The position numbers and the translations under genes were made by a program. Shown here in pieces: positions 10,171 through 21,851 of a DNA stretch of 64,000 nucleotides. The notes below the pieces were generated by a model. The model was given only the letters and a program-made list of their open reading frames with translations. It had not been told where the DNA came from and made no database searches. Every line of letters begins with the position of its first letter. The stretch's first letter is position 1. Source of the stretch: a virus. The DNA is taken from the IMG/VR virus record IMGVR_UViG_3300021963_000084, positions 18,460-82,459 of that record; one strand, given 5' to 3'.

Positions 10171-11736
10171 ATGCCAGCTCTTATTTCTGAACAGTTCAGA
10201 ATTCATAACGCAAAACAATTTGAAGAAGCATTTAGTGAAGCATCTCCCACTAATATGTACTTTTTTATTGGTCGTCCACAGGCTTGGGATATTGCTACGG
10301 TTTCTGGTATTACCAGTTATGTTGGTCAATCTTCTGGTAGTCAGCATAGCACTTCTTATCTTGCGACTCCAGATGAAAATAATCCACCAACTCCAATTGA
10401 TAATTTTAATTATGAGAAGGAAATTTTCGATGATATGATTTCATTGAAAAAAGTTGACTCTGCTAATGTCAGACTGGTAATTCCTCGTTATGACTGGACT
10501 TCTGGACAAACATATTCAATGTATCGTCCTAATTATAGTGCTGACTATAGAGCAAATAGTGCTGGTGAAAACGCAACTAATTTATATTCATCGAAGTTCT
10601 ATGTAGTTCATAATTACAAAGTTTATAAGTGCATCTATAATGGTTCAAGTCCATCTAATATTAATGGTGTAGCATCAACGGTAGCACCAACTGGAACTGG
10701 CACTGGGATTATCGGACCTCTTGCCGATGGTTATATGTGGAAATTTATGTATAGTATCGGTACAGATGACGTTCTGAAGTTCTATACCAGTACTTATATC
10801 CCAACACCAGCAGCGTGGGGAATTGGTTCCTCTGGAGACCCTACAAATGGCGTAGATGTAAAAGCAGCGGCGGTTGATGGTTCAATCAATGCTGTTGTAA
10901 TTAAGAATGGTGGTAGTGGTTATACTGATAACACTTATACCAATGTTCCCATTAGAGGAGATCATAATGTTAACGGTGGTATTCAGGCAACTTGTACTTT
11001 AGTGGTTTCTGGCGGAACTATTACATCTGTTACTATTACAAATGCTGGTTCTGGATATACTTTTGGTAAAATTAATGTTAATGTAACTGAAATTCCTGGT
11101 ATTGGAGCTGGTGGTTCTGGAGCTAATTTGGAAGTTATCATTTCTCCAAATGGTGGGCACGGATTTGATGTTTACAAAGAACTCGGCGCAAAACGAGTAA
11201 TGGTTAATGTTCGTCTTGAGTATAGTGAAGCAAATGAATTTCCAATTGATACTGAATTTAGGAGAATTGGTATTCTCAAAGATCCTCGTGAATCTTCAGG
11301 AATTGTAGCTGCTGGATCCACTTATAATGCTCTTACTTCAATCAAATTTCCTTCGGCAAGCACTTCATCTTTCTTAGTTGATGAAATTGTCACTCAAACG
11401 ACAACAAATGCAACTGGAAAGGTTGTTTCTTGGGATAGTTCTACTAAAATTTTGAAAGTTTATCAAAATGAATATGAGCACTCTGCAACTGGTGCTCAAG
11501 GTGGTTTCTTAAATAAATTTGATGGTGCTAACACAATTGTAGGAGCAACTTCAGGAACTTCATTAGCTCCAGACACTGCATATAATCTTTCTACACAAAA
11601 TCTTCAGTTCACCAATGGTTATGCAAGACCTGAGATTAAGAAATATACTGGAGATATCATCTATACAGAAAACAGAAGAACTGTATCTCGTGCAGTAGAT
11701 CAAATTGAAGATGTAAAACTGGTCGTAGAATTCTAA
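10171..11736 (+). CDS. gp8: Baseplate wedge subunit gp8
   Basis: MPALISEQFRIHNA, YFFIGRPQAW, VYKCIYNG, DGYMWKFMY, C-terminal QIEDVKLVVEF. Confidence 0.93.
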   Translation: MPALISEQFRIHNAKQFEEAFSEASPTNMYFFIGRPQAWDIATVSGITSYVGQSSGSQHSTSYLATPDENNPPTPIDNFNYEKEIFDDMISLKKVDSANVRLVIPRYDWTSGQTYSMYRPNYSADYRANSAGENATNLYSSKFYVVHNYKVYKCIYNGSSPSNINGVASTVAPTGTGTGIIGPLADGYMWKFMYSIGTDDVLKFYTSTYIPTPAAWGIGSSGDPTNGVDVKAAAVDGSINAVVIKNGGSGYTDNTYTNVPIRGDHNVNGGIQATCTLVVSGGTITSVTITNAGSGYTFGKINVNVTEIPGIGAGGSGANLEVIISPNGGHGFDVYKELGAKRVMVNVRLEYSEANEFPIDTEFRRIGILKDPRESSGIVAAGSTYNALTSIKFPSASTSSFLVDEIVTQTTTNATGKVVSWDSSTKILKVYQNEYEHSATGAQGGFLNKFDGANTIVGATSGTSLAPDTAYNLSTQNLQFTNGYARPEIKKYTGDIIYTENRRTVSRAVDQIEDVKLVVEF

Positions 11737-11775
11737 TATATACCTTAGTATAACTAAACTTTTTAGTTAAAAAAT

Positions 11776-14700
11776 ATGCCCCAGAATACTAATCTAAATA
11801 GGTCGCCATATTTTGACGATTTTGACCCAATAAAGAATTTTTATAGAGTACTTTTTAGACCAGGGTATTCTATTCAATCACGAGAGCTTACTAGTCTTCA
11901 ATCGATTTTACAAAATCAAATTGAGCAATTAAGTAAATCGAGATTTAAACAGGGTTCTATCGTAGTTCCTGGGGAAATTATTTACGATGATCGATATGAT
12001 TATGTCAAATTAAGTTCATTTACAAATAACTTATTAATTACTGATTATATTGGCACAAGAGTCACTGGTAGTGTCTCTGGACTAGTTGCTACCATTGTAA
12101 ACGCAACAGCAGCAACTGCTACAGATTCAGCTACATTTTTTGTAAAATATGAAAATAGTGGTTCTTCTACCACTGCAACCAGATTTACTGAGGGAGAAAC
12201 TCTTACTGCTAATTCTGCTGGCAATCCAACTGCCATCGTAGGAATCACTGGCACTGCAAGACCTACTAGCACTCCTGCAGTTGGTTCTGGATCTGCAGTA
12301 ACTGTTAATGAAGGCGTATATTTTATTAACGGTACTTTAGTAAGAACTGATAGGCAAACTGTAATTCTCGATAAGTATGGTAACACTCCTTCATATAAGG
12401 TTGGATTTGTTGTATCCGAAACACTTGTAACACCAGAAGAAGACTTTTCACTTTTGGATAATGCACAAGGATATTCAAACTTTACTGCTCCAGGAGCACA
12501 CAGACTTAAAATTACTGTAACTCTTGCTAAGAGAGCATTAGATTTCCCAGAACAAAGAGATTTTGTTCAACTTCTTCTAATTCAAGGTGGTGTTGTTAGA
12601 CAAACTGTTGAGACAGGGGACAATTCATCTTTATTTGAAGATGTTTTAGCAAGAAGAACTTATGACGAATCTGGAGACTATGTTGTAAGAGACTTCAATT
12701 TGGGTCTCAGAGAACATTTGAATTCTGGTTCAAATAATGGTGTATATCTTGCATCTGCAGGTGGTGATGCTGGTAAGTTCATCGCTGAATTGAGTCCTGG
12801 TAAAGCATACGTTAGAGGATATGAAATTGAAACTACTTCCACTAGATATGTGGAAATCAATAAAGCTAGGGATACAGCTACAAATTCAGACGTTGCTTTA
12901 TCTATTTTAGAAGGTCCTAATTTTACAGTCAGAAATCTTTATGGATTTCCTGATATTGAAAATATTTCGGGAGGTGGTGGACTAGTAATTACTAGCACAA
13001 AGTCTTTTTCTGAAGTTAAACTATTTCAAAATTATTCTGATGGTATGTTTGGTGATACTTCTTATGGAAGTGATACTACTTCACCAGAGTCAGAAGTTTG
13101 CTGGATAATTACTGTAACTGGTGCTGGACTATCTGCGATCACAGCAGCTGCTGCTGGCGGAACTTGGGTAATTTCATCTGCCCCAGGTGGTTCGATTAAT
13201 GGAATTATCAAGAATTATTCTGTAAATGCTGCAGGAACTTTTGCTACGTTATTCGTAACTAAAACAGGAACTGGAATTTTCAGAGCTGGAAATTCTATTG
13301 CTATCTCTACAACAGGTGGCAATGTTACTGCAACTCTATCAACTTATGAAAAGATAAGCAGTGGTTTGGTAGGTATTTCAAAAACCAAGTATATCAAATT
13401 ACTCAGTCCTGGAAGTACAACTTCCAATGTACTCGATAAATTAAGCACTACATTTAAATTAGGATTATTTAAAACTAATTACACTACTAAAATTGTTTGC
13501 AAAAATAGTGTAAATTTCTTTACTGGTGGCACTACGTTAGCAGTAGGTCGTTATGTTTATGGACAATCTAGTGGCGCTTCTGGTATTTTAGAAACTTATT
13601 CCGATGAAGGACGTGAAATATTTTTATCTAATGTTTCTGGTACTTTCAGACCTGGAGAAACAATCATCACTGAACCAATTGGTACTTCAACACCAGTTAA
13701 TTTTATTGAACCAGAAGGAACTATTGAATATTTTAAACAAGTTAATGGGGGAACTGGATATACTACTGCGAGTGGAATTACAGTTACTATCAATGGCGTA
13801 GATAAAACTTCTATAATTGGAACATCTAATATTAATGTTTCTGGGGGAAAAGTAAATTCTATTGATTTAACTCCTAGTGTAAGAGAAGCATTAGGTTCTT
13901 CTTATACCACTCCACCTACAGTTGTAATTTCTGGAGGTGGTGGAACAGCAGCAGAATTTATTGCAATCACAAATTCTAATACAGTTGTAAACTTTGATTC
14001 TTCTTATGTAAGAAGTTTCTATGGATTTACTAGCAATAATTATTTTTCAGGAGATATCTCTTCAGTTCAAAATGATTATGTAGTATCAAATGGAGCATTA
14101 TTTAGTGCTTCAGATGGAGATCATTTTATTAGAGCTGATAACTTAGGAGCAAGACCAGATTTAGATTTAATTAATGGTGATATTATTAGAGTAGTAAATA
14201 ATACTGGTGCTTCTACGAAATATATTGTAAGACAGGCTGTAAGAGATAGTGGTTCAAATACTGCTAGAATTTATGTTTATGGTAAGGTTCTTTCTACATT
14301 TGGTGCAAAGACTGTCACCAGAATTAGAACAAAACTTAATGGTCTAACTTCTGATACAAATATTATACCATTCGCAAATAAAAATGTTAGTACTGCTGTT
14401 TTAAATCCAGGTTCAAATACTGAAATTAATTACACTATTCAAAAAGAGTTTGTTGATATTTTAGATGGTTCTGGAAGTAAAACATTTACTTTATCAACAG
14501 GTGAGTCATTCATTAATGACACATATGTTTTTACTCTTCTCACATCCCATCCAACAATTGCTGTTATCTCTGCTGGATCATTAATTGACATTTCAAGTAA
14601 TGTTACAAATTCTGGTTCATCATTGACGGTTAATTTAGGTTCTACTTATTCAGGACTTCAATTTAAATTAGTTGCCACAGTAAGAAAATCTGACACCACT

Positions 14701-17700
14701 CCTAAAACAAAAACGCTTTTTGTTGATGCTACGCAAAATATTGATTCAGATTTTACTAACGAAATTATTCCATTGATCTACGCTGATGGATATAAACTCA
14801 AGGGAGTTTATATGTCAACTTCTGGAGCATCAGCAACAGTTAATGATGTCAATATTACTGATAATTTTATTTTTGATGGCGGACAAAGAGAAACTTATTA
14901 TGACCTCGCACGATTAATTAGAAAACCAGGAGCACCTGTTCCCACTAACAAATTATTAGTAGTGTTTGATTATTTTAGACACGTAGGTGCTGGTGATTAT
15001 TTTGTTGTTGATTCATATACTAACATTGATTACGGCGATATTCCTACCTTCAATTCTAGTGTTCATGGTCTGGTTTCTCTATCAGATGTTGTTGATTTTA
15101 GACCACGAGTTGCTGATTATAATGAAACCAATGGATCTTGGATCGCTGGATTTGCTGACAAGAGTTTCATAGAGTCTGCAAATTTTGATGGAGGTGGAGC
15201 ATCTGCTTCATATGTTGCATTATTTGGTCAACCCTTTGATACAGGTTATCGTTATTATCTCAATAGAATTGATTCAATTTATCTTAATAAATCTGGACGT
15301 TTTGTTGTTGCATCAGGAACACCATCACTGAATCCCCAAGTTCCTTCTCAAATTGATGATGCTATCCTCTTATATACTTTAAATATTCCTGCATATACTG
15401 CTAATGTTTCTGATATCAAAATTAGAAGTTTTGATAACAGGCGTTACACTATGCGTGATATTGGAAAGTTAGTTAAGAGAATTGAAAAACTCGAATACTA
15501 CACTACTCTCAGTTTACTTGAGCAGGACACATTTAATTCTCAAGTTCGTGATGAAAACGGAAATGAAAGATTTAAGAATGGTATTATTGTAGATAATTTT
15601 GAAGGACATAATGTAGGTAATACATTATCTACTGACTATGCTTGTTCTGTAGATACTCAAACAGGTATTTTGAGACCAAGTTTCTATGCATCACAAACTG
15701 AATTAATTGAAAATAACTTAACAGATGCTCAGAGAACTGCAAATGGATATAAGAGAACTGGTGATTTAATTACTCTTCCCTATACTGAACAATCAACTGT
15801 TCTAAATCAATTTGCCACTAGAAATTTAACTATTAATCCAGGAAGAGCATCTAGATATGCTGGGGTAATGACTCTTGAACCAAATATTGATGAATGGAGA
15901 GACACCATAACTCCACCTGAGTTAGTTGTAAATGAAAATTCTATTTTTGATACTATTAGGAATAATTCTACTGATCTTTGGGGAAGTATTTGGAATGACT
16001 GGCAATTTGCCTGGACAGGAACTCAGTCTTATAATCTTGCTAACTCGACAACTAGTATTTCAAACGGTATTGCTCAATTTGGAGATAACACAAATAATCT
16101 TGTCAGAGGTTCTACTAGAACAAGGTCGAGAAATGGTACTCAGAATAGATTAACTCCATATGGTTCAGCAGTGAACGCTGTTGGTGAAAGAGTAGTTGCT
16201 AATGTTTATAATCCTTATATTAGAAGTAGAGTTGTTTCTTTTGTAGCAAGAGGTCTTGAACCAAATACAAGACTGTACGCTTTCTTTGATGGTATTGATG
16301 TAAATGCTTGGGTAAGTCCAGACAATGTTAATGGACTATTAACTCCTTTTACTGGAGTAGCAGGTTATGCTGAACTCGGTTTTGGTCAAGCAATTACTAC
16401 TGATGCAAATGGAAATATTAGTGGTCAATTTTTAATTCCTAACGGATATGCACCTGTTTCTGGCAGAAGAGTTCTTGATTTAACTTCATCTCCATCTACT
16501 TTCTATCAAACATCTGGAGAACAGAGAAGATTTACTGCAGGAACTAAAGTTCTCAGACTTACTTCAAGTTCAACCAATACTTCAGATCAGACAAGTGTAA
16601 CTACTTTTGTTGAATCTGAATATGTAGTAAGTGGATCTCCAGAAACTAGTCTTGGAAGTATTCAATCAACTCGTGTTCCCTCTATCAGCAGAAGATCTAT
16701 TTCAAACTCTGATACTGTTCAGTTTGTAGGAACAAATAGAGTTAACGTAAATCAATCTGGGTTATTAGATCCAATTGCACAAACATTTGAGGTTAGTGGT
16801 TTTGATGAGGGATTATTCTTAACCAGTTTAGATTTATATTTCCAAAATAAAACTACATCTTCTGGAACTGATACCGATAGACCTGTCACTGTTTATTTGA
16901 CTGAAACTACTGCAGGTGTACCTACTAGAAGAACTTTACCATTCAGTGAAGTTACACTAAACCCTGATACTATTCTTAGGATTAGAACCACAAATACTGT
17001 ATCTCCTGGAGTATCTTTTACTGCTGGTGTTACAGTTACAGGAGTTTCTTCTGGAGCTACAGGAGAGATTAAAACTACTCAAGTTGTTAGTGATCCAAAT
17101 ACTAGATATAATTTAAGATTGAGAAATCATAATGGTATTTCTTTTATTCCAGGTGAACAACTAATACTGAACGTTTCTCCTGCAATCACAACAACACAAT
17201 TCTTTATTGATCTTGATAGTGGTCAAGTAGAAAGTATTAAAGTGACAGATTTCGGAAGTGGATATTCATCAGTAGCAGGTGGAGTAACTATTAACATCAC
17301 AGGTGATAATGGTGGTGCATTTGGAATTCCTGCAGCAGCGGTTGCTGATGTATATGAGGGAAGGATTTATAATATTAGAGTTACTAATCCTGGAAATGGA
17401 TATTATGCTGCTCCAGCAGTATCAATCACTGGAACTGGTGGTACTGGTGCAACTGCACAAGCAATTTTTAGAATCACTAATCCAGCAGTTAAAATGGGGA
17501 TTTCTGTTTCTACAGATGCAACTGTTAAAACAAGATTTACATTCCCATCTCCTGTTTACTTAGCAAACAATACTACTTATGCTTTTGTAGTATCAAGTAC
17601 TTCACCTGATTATACAGTTTATACCTCAAGAGTTGGTGAAGCACTTTTAGCAAGTACAGTATTAGCTACAAATCAACCTGGAGTTGGTTCTCTTTATAAG

Positions 17701-19413
17701 GCACAAAATTCTTCTTCCTGGGTAGAAGATCCTATAGAAGATATCAAGTTTACTATAAACAGAGCTGTTTTCTCAAGAGGATCTACAGCAAACGTTGAAT
17801 TAGTAAATAAAGATCTTGAAACCGTCATTCTTCCTAATAATCCAATTAGCGTTGATAACACTGTAGGAACTTCTTCAGTATTTGGCGGAAATGAAAAAAT
17901 TCTAAGAATAAATCATCCAAATCATGGTATGCAATCTGGTGATGTGGTATTCTTAAGTGGTATTGCTGGTATCGGAAGTCCTGAAAATGTTTTCGGAATT
18001 CCTGTTTCTATTTTAAATGGATTCCATGATATTTTCAATGTTGGACTTGATGATTACTGTATTTTAATCAATAGTACTTTATGGAGTTCTATTCCAGTTA
18101 CATTAACTGGAAGTGGTTCTGGTGGGGGTTCTCTAGTAAGAGCAACGACAAATAAATTATATCAGATCATTCAATCTCAAGTGGGAACACTCGCATTTTC
18201 TTCATCATCTGTATCTCATTCTATTACCACTACAAATGGCAAAGCAGTTGATAGTTCAACTACTAATGAATATACATTAAGCAGTGCTGTTAATATTATA
18301 CCAGGAGAAAATTATTTCTTTGATACAAGTAGAGTAATTGCTTCTGCACTAAATGAAATTAATTATGATGGCGTAAATCGTCTTAATGGAAGAAAAACAT
18401 TAACATATACATTATCAATGCAAACTGGAAGAGACAATGTTTCTCCAGTAATTGATCTTAGAAGAGCAAATGTAATTACAGTCGGAAGTAGATTAGATAA
18501 TCCAACTGGAAATGAAGTAAGATATGGTGCAAAGAGTCAGGTATTGACAGTTCCTACTTCTTCTTCATATAGTTTAACTTCTACAACTCAACTTGTAAAA
18601 ACTACTATCATCAATTTTACTGCTGCAGCTGGTGGATCTTTTGCCGTCACAACTGGATCTCCAACAGTATTGAATCAAATCCAAGGAGGAACAGTGGTGA
18701 CTGGTGAAATTGTTTCTGTATCAGCAGGGCAACTTAAAGTAATTAATACCACAGGAACTTTTGTAAGTGGCACACAAATTAGTCAAACAATTGGTGCTGC
18801 TACAATTACTACTACTCCTACGAGTGTGGTGAATAAGAGTGGTATTGTAAATGGATGGGATTCTGGAAATGGAACTCTGCGTATTAAATTAACAAGTGAA
18901 ACACCATTTACTGCAAATGATATTATTAATGATTTTTCAGCAACCCCAACTGCAAGGTTAATTTCTGCTGCTTCTTCGACTAGAGGATTCTTGTTTATTC
19001 CTGATACTGAACCAATTGGTACTTCTACGAAATCAAAATATCTCACAAAAGAAGTAACTCTTGAAGCACCAGCAGAATCTCTTGATGTAAGAATTACTGC
19101 AAATCTCTTCTCTAATAGTGATATGAAGGTTATGTATAAGATTAAAGAAGATGGAAGCACTCAAGACTTCAATAGAATTTCTTGGAGTTACTTCAATGGC
19201 ACTGGACTATCAGACAATAATGCAACTGCAACCCCAGATACATTGAACACCCAATCACCAACTGCAGAAGATTTAAACTCTTATATTGAGTATAGATTCA
19301 CCGCAAATGATTTGGCACCTTTCAAGTCATTTGCAATTAAAATTGTATTTACCAGCAGTAATCCTGCTTACCCGCCAAGAGTAGAAGACCTTCGTGCAAT
19401 CGCTCATTCATAA
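11776..19413 (+). CDS. Large virion structural protein, VrlC/DUF4815-like, 2545 aa
   Basis: MPQNTNLNRSPYFDDFD...FYRVLFRPG..IQSRELT.LQSILQNQ; APGAHRLK; RRYTMRDIG; DPIAQTF; C-terminal DLRAIA. Usual position after gp8 in cyanomyoviruses. Confidence 0.85.
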   Translation: MPQNTNLNRSPYFDDFDPIKNFYRVLFRPGYSIQSRELTSLQSILQNQIEQLSKSRFKQGSIVVPGEIIYDDRYDYVKLSSFTNNLLITDYIGTRVTGSVSGLVATIVNATAATATDSATFFVKYENSGSSTTATRFTEGETLTANSAGNPTAIVGITGTARPTSTPAVGSGSAVTVNEGVYFINGTLVRTDRQTVILDKYGNTPSYKVGFVVSETLVTPEEDFSLLDNAQGYSNFTAPGAHRLKITVTLAKRALDFPEQRDFVQLLLIQGGVVRQTVETGDNSSLFEDVLARRTYDESGDYVVRDFNLGLREHLNSGSNNGVYLASAGGDAGKFIAELSPGKAYVRGYEIETTSTRYVEINKARDTATNSDVALSILEGPNFTVRNLYGFPDIENISGGGGLVITSTKSFSEVKLFQNYSDGMFGDTSYGSDTTSPESEVCWIITVTGAGLSAITAAAAGGTWVISSAPGGSINGIIKNYSVNAAGTFATLFVTKTGTGIFRAGNSIAISTTGGNVTATLSTYEKISSGLVGISKTKYIKLLSPGSTTSNVLDKLSTTFKLGLFKTNYTTKIVCKNSVNFFTGGTTLAVGRYVYGQSSGASGILETYSDEGREIFLSNVSGTFRPGETIITEPIGTSTPVNFIEPEGTIEYFKQVNGGTGYTTASGITVTINGVDKTSIIGTSNINVSGGKVNSIDLTPSVREALGSSYTTPPTVVISGGGGTAAEFIAITNSNTVVNFDSSYVRSFYGFTSNNYFSGDISSVQNDYVVSNGALFSASDGDHFIRADNLGARPDLDLINGDIIRVVNNTGASTKYIVRQAVRDSGSNTARIYVYGKVLSTFGAKTVTRIRTKLNGLTSDTNIIPFANKNVSTAVLNPGSNTEINYTIQKEFVDILDGSGSKTFTLSTGESFINDTYVFTLLTSHPTIAVISAGSLIDISSNVTNSGSSLTVNLGSTYSGLQFKLVATVRKSDTTPKTKTLFVDATQNIDSDFTNEIIPLIYADGYKLKGVYMSTSGASATVNDVNITDNFIFDGGQRETYYDLARLIRKPGAPVPTNKLLVVFDYFRHVGAGDYFVVDSYTNIDYGDIPTFNSSVHGLVSLSDVVDFRPRVADYNETNGSWIAGFADKSFIESANFDGGGASASYVALFGQPFDTGYRYYLNRIDSIYLNKSGRFVVASGTPSLNPQVPSQIDDAILLYTLNIPAYTANVSDIKIRSFDNRRYTMRDIGKLVKRIEKLEYYTTLSLLEQDTFNSQVRDENGNERFKNGIIVDNFEGHNVGNTLSTDYACSVDTQTGILRPSFYASQTELIENNLTDAQRTANGYKRTGDLITLPYTEQSTVLNQFATRNLTINPGRASRYAGVMTLEPNIDEWRDTITPPELVVNENSIFDTIRNNSTDLWGSIWNDWQFAWTGTQSYNLANSTTSISNGIAQFGDNTNNLVRGSTRTRSRNGTQNRLTPYGSAVNAVGERVVANVYNPYIRSRVVSFVARGLEPNTRLYAFFDGIDVNAWVSPDNVNGLLTPFTGVAGYAELGFGQAITTDANGNISGQFLIPNGYAPVSGRRVLDLTSSPSTFYQTSGEQRRFTAGTKVLRLTSSSTNTSDQTSVTTFVESEYVVSGSPETSLGSIQSTRVPSISRRSISNSDTVQFVGTNRVNVNQSGLLDPIAQTFEVSGFDEGLFLTSLDLYFQNKTTSSGTDTDRPVTVYLTETTAGVPTRRTLPFSEVTLNPDTILRIRTTNTVSPGVSFTAGVTVTGVSSGATGEIKTTQVVSDPNTRYNLRLRNHNGISFIPGEQLILNVSPAITTTQFFIDLDSGQVESIKVTDFGSGYSSVAGGVTINITGDNGGAFGIPAAAVADVYEGRIYNIRVTNPGNGYYAAPAVSITGTGGTGATAQAIFRITNPAVKMGISVSTDATVKTRFTFPSPVYLANNTTYAFVVSSTSPDYTVYTSRVGEALLASTVLATNQPGVGSLYKAQNSSSWVEDPIEDIKFTINRAVFSRGSTANVELVNKDLETVILPNNPISVDNTVGTSSVFGGNEKILRINHPNHGMQSGDVVFLSGIAGIGSPENVFGIPVSILNGFHDIFNVGLDDYCILINSTLWSSIPVTLTGSGSGGGSLVRATTNKLYQIIQSQVGTLAFSSSSVSHSITTTNGKAVDSSTTNEYTLSSAVNIIPGENYFFDTSRVIASALNEINYDGVNRLNGRKTLTYTLSMQTGRDNVSPVIDLRRANVITVGSRLDNPTGNEVRYGAKSQVLTVPTSSSYSLTSTTQLVKTTIINFTAAAGGSFAVTTGSPTVLNQIQGGTVVTGEIVSVSAGQLKVINTTGTFVSGTQISQTIGAATITTTPTSVVNKSGIVNGWDSGNGTLRIKLTSETPFTANDIINDFSATPTARLISAASSTRGFLFIPDTEPIGTSTKSKYLTKEVTLEAPAESLDVRITANLFSNSDMKVMYKIKEDGSTQDFNRISWSYFNGTGLSDNNATATPDTLNTQSPTAEDLNSYIEYRFTANDLAPFKSFAIKIVFTSSNPAYPPRVEDLRAIAHS

Positions 19414-19616
19414 TGGACAAGTATAAAGTAGAAGGTCACGCTGATCTTTATCGTGATATGAATTCAGGTGCCATCATTAATTCAAATTATGATGAGTACC
19501 TGAAATATAAAAAGGCAAAGGCAAACCGTGACAATATGGTTAATGAGATAAATACTTTGAAGCAAGAACTTGATGAAATCAAGCAATTATTAAAGCAACT
19601 TACCAATGGCAATTAG
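19413..19616 (+). CDS. Small conserved coiled-coil protein following the VrlC-like gene
   Basis: KVEGHADLYRD..SGAIIN motif plus heptad C-terminus; coupled by TAATG. Confidence 0.75.
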   Translation: MDKYKVEGHADLYRDMNSGAIINSNYDEYLKYKKAKANRDNMVNEINTLKQELDEIKQLLKQLTNGN

Positions 19617-21792
19617 AGAAGTTTTACTTAGCAATACTTTTGAGCAGCAACGTCAGTTAATCAATCTGATCGGAACTGATATTGGTGATTGTCAAAACTT
19701 AGTTACTCCGTCAAAAGTAGTTACTACTTCTGTTAATCAGGTAGTTGCTGGTTTTGTTACTCTTTCAGGGCAAACAATTCAACTTGAAGATGGTTCTTTA
19801 GGAACACCAAGTTTATCTTTTGATAGTGCTACTAATTTAGGTCTTTATAAGGTAGACGCAAATACTCTTGGTGTTACAAAAAGTCTTTATGTGGCTAGTG
19901 GTCTCACAGTAGAAGGAGATATTACATTTAGAGCTGGTAATGGTAGTGCTGGTAGTATTATTTTTGGAGATTTAGATACTGATAATATTGTCTTTAATGC
20001 TGATTTAAATTCACACGCTATTCCCAATATCGATAATACCTATGATTTAGGTTCTTTATCTAAGGAATGGAGAAATCTTTACATTGATGGAACTGCTTAT
20101 ATTGATACTCTTCAAGTTGATGAAGATTTAACTGTTACTGGAAACGTTGCAGTAAATGGCGGTAACGTTACAACTACTTCAAACACTGTTACAGTATTTA
20201 ATTCAACAGCTGTAAATGCGCTTGTTTTAGGTGATGCTACTACTATCACTTTAGGCGCAACAACAGGAACTTTAACCTTAAGAAATCCTACAGTTGTAGG
20301 AACAAATACGACTCAAAATCTTTATAATACTGTAGCAACCACAGTAAATGCTTTTGGTGCGGCATACAATGTAACCATGGGTGTTACTGCTCCCAGTGGA
20401 GTTCCCAATACTAATTTTAGAATCAGAAGTGATGATACAGTATTAGATGGTGATTTAAATGTAAATGGTGGTGAGATTTTATCTAGTCAGAATACTTTTT
20501 TATTATTAATTAATAATAGTGATATTAGAATTGGTTCTACTATTGGAACTGGAACTACAGTAATTAATAATTCTTTAAAAATTAAAGGTTCTTCCCTTGA
20601 TTTATCAAATCAAGCAGTCACAGTTTCTCTGATTGATAATGTTAATCCAGCCCTTAGAATTAGAGAGGGAACAAATGATTATTTGAGTTTCCAAACAACA
20701 GACAGTGCTGAAAAAGTTATCTTCCACAAAAATGCAAATTTCACCCAGAACGGGTACTTCGGAGATAATAATATTTTGCATCTCGGAGACAGTAATGATC
20801 TAGCAATCTACCACGATGGTTCTCATAGTTACATCAGAGATCAAGGAACTGGAAATCTTTATATTCAAGGAACTAATAATGTTTCTATCAGAAAAGATGA
20901 TGGTTCTGAAGTTATGGCAGTATTCAATGCCGATGGTGCATCAGAACTTTACTTTGATAACTCTAAGAAACTTGAAACAACTGCAACAGGAATTACTGTA
21001 ACAGGTGATATCTCTGTTTCTAATATTAACGGCGCTGGAGCTACATTTACAGGAAATGTAACTGCTTCTGGTGTTACAGTAAATGGTAATTTGACTGTAA
21101 ATGGCACAACCACTACAATAAATTCAACTGTACTAAGTATTGATGATGTTAATATTGTACTTGCCGATGGTGCATCGACTTCAGCAGCAGTAGATGGTGC
21201 TGGCATTACACTCGGAACCACTGGAATTACTTTCACTTATTCAAACACTGGAACTCGCTGGTCATCAACAGAAAACTTAAATATTGCTACAGGAAAAACT
21301 TATCAAATTGCAGGAACTACAGTTCTTTCTGCAACTCAAGTATTAGGAAGAGGATTTACTAATGCTGCTGGTGAAATTGTAACTACAGATGGCACTCAAA
21401 CTTTAAGTGCTAAAACATTAACCAGTCCAGCAATTAATGGTGGTGCCTTTGGATCAGCAAGTTCAACGACTGATGCAGATGCTACTGTTGATGCTTCTGT
21501 AACTACTTTATATGCATATGTGCAAAGTGCCAGTACAACAGCAAGAACAATTAATATTAGCAACCTTGCTCCAGGAAGAATCATTGAATTGTATTTAAGA
21601 AATACTAACGCTGGAGCAAAAACAATTAACATTACAGCAAGCAATACCACAACTGGATTTACTGCTGTCAACCTTTCTAAAGGTGATGCTGGCGGCACAA
21701 GTCAAACTAGCGTAACGTTGGCTGCTACTTCAGGAACAGCAGTTGTACTTATCTTTAACGCAAATGGTGTGATCGGAGGCAGCATTTCATAA
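19606..21792 (+). CDS. Tail fibre-like virion protein, 728 aa
   Basis: N-terminal TFEQQR..IN; fibre modules LGDSNDLAIYHDGSHSYI..GTGNL, KKLETTATGITVTG, GNLTVNGTTTTINST. Confidence 0.75.
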   Translation: MAIREVLLSNTFEQQRQLINLIGTDIGDCQNLVTPSKVVTTSVNQVVAGFVTLSGQTIQLEDGSLGTPSLSFDSATNLGLYKVDANTLGVTKSLYVASGLTVEGDITFRAGNGSAGSIIFGDLDTDNIVFNADLNSHAIPNIDNTYDLGSLSKEWRNLYIDGTAYIDTLQVDEDLTVTGNVAVNGGNVTTTSNTVTVFNSTAVNALVLGDATTITLGATTGTLTLRNPTVVGTNTTQNLYNTVATTVNAFGAAYNVTMGVTAPSGVPNTNFRIRSDDTVLDGDLNVNGGEILSSQNTFLLLINNSDIRIGSTIGTGTTVINNSLKIKGSSLDLSNQAVTVSLIDNVNPALRIREGTNDYLSFQTTDSAEKVIFHKNANFTQNGYFGDNNILHLGDSNDLAIYHDGSHSYIRDQGTGNLYIQGTNNVSIRKDDGSEVMAVFNADGASELYFDNSKKLETTATGITVTGDISVSNINGAGATFTGNVTASGVTVNGNLTVNGTTTTINSTVLSIDDVNIVLADGASTSAAVDGAGITLGTTGITFTYSNTGTRWSSTENLNIATGKTYQIAGTTVLSATQVLGRGFTNAAGEIVTTDGTQTLSAKTLTSPAINGGAFGSASSTTDADATVDASVTTLYAYVQSASTTARTINISNLAPGRIIELYLRNTNAGAKTINITASNTTTGFTAVNLSKGDAGGTSQTSVTLAATSGTAVVLIFNANGVIGGSIS

Positions 21793-21799
21793 TCCTTCC

Positions 21800-21828
21800 T
21801 TGACAACCCTTATAAATTATAGTATGAT
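21800..21828 (+). promoter_or_regulatory. Sigma70-like (early/host RNAP) promoter TTGACA-N17-TATGAT
   Basis: TTGACA 21800-21805, 17-bp spacer, TATGAT 21823-21828. The spacer also holds TATAAATT (late consensus with 1 mismatch). Confidence 0.8.
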
Positions 21829-21851
21829 GTCTATGAAAAATTGTCATTTCT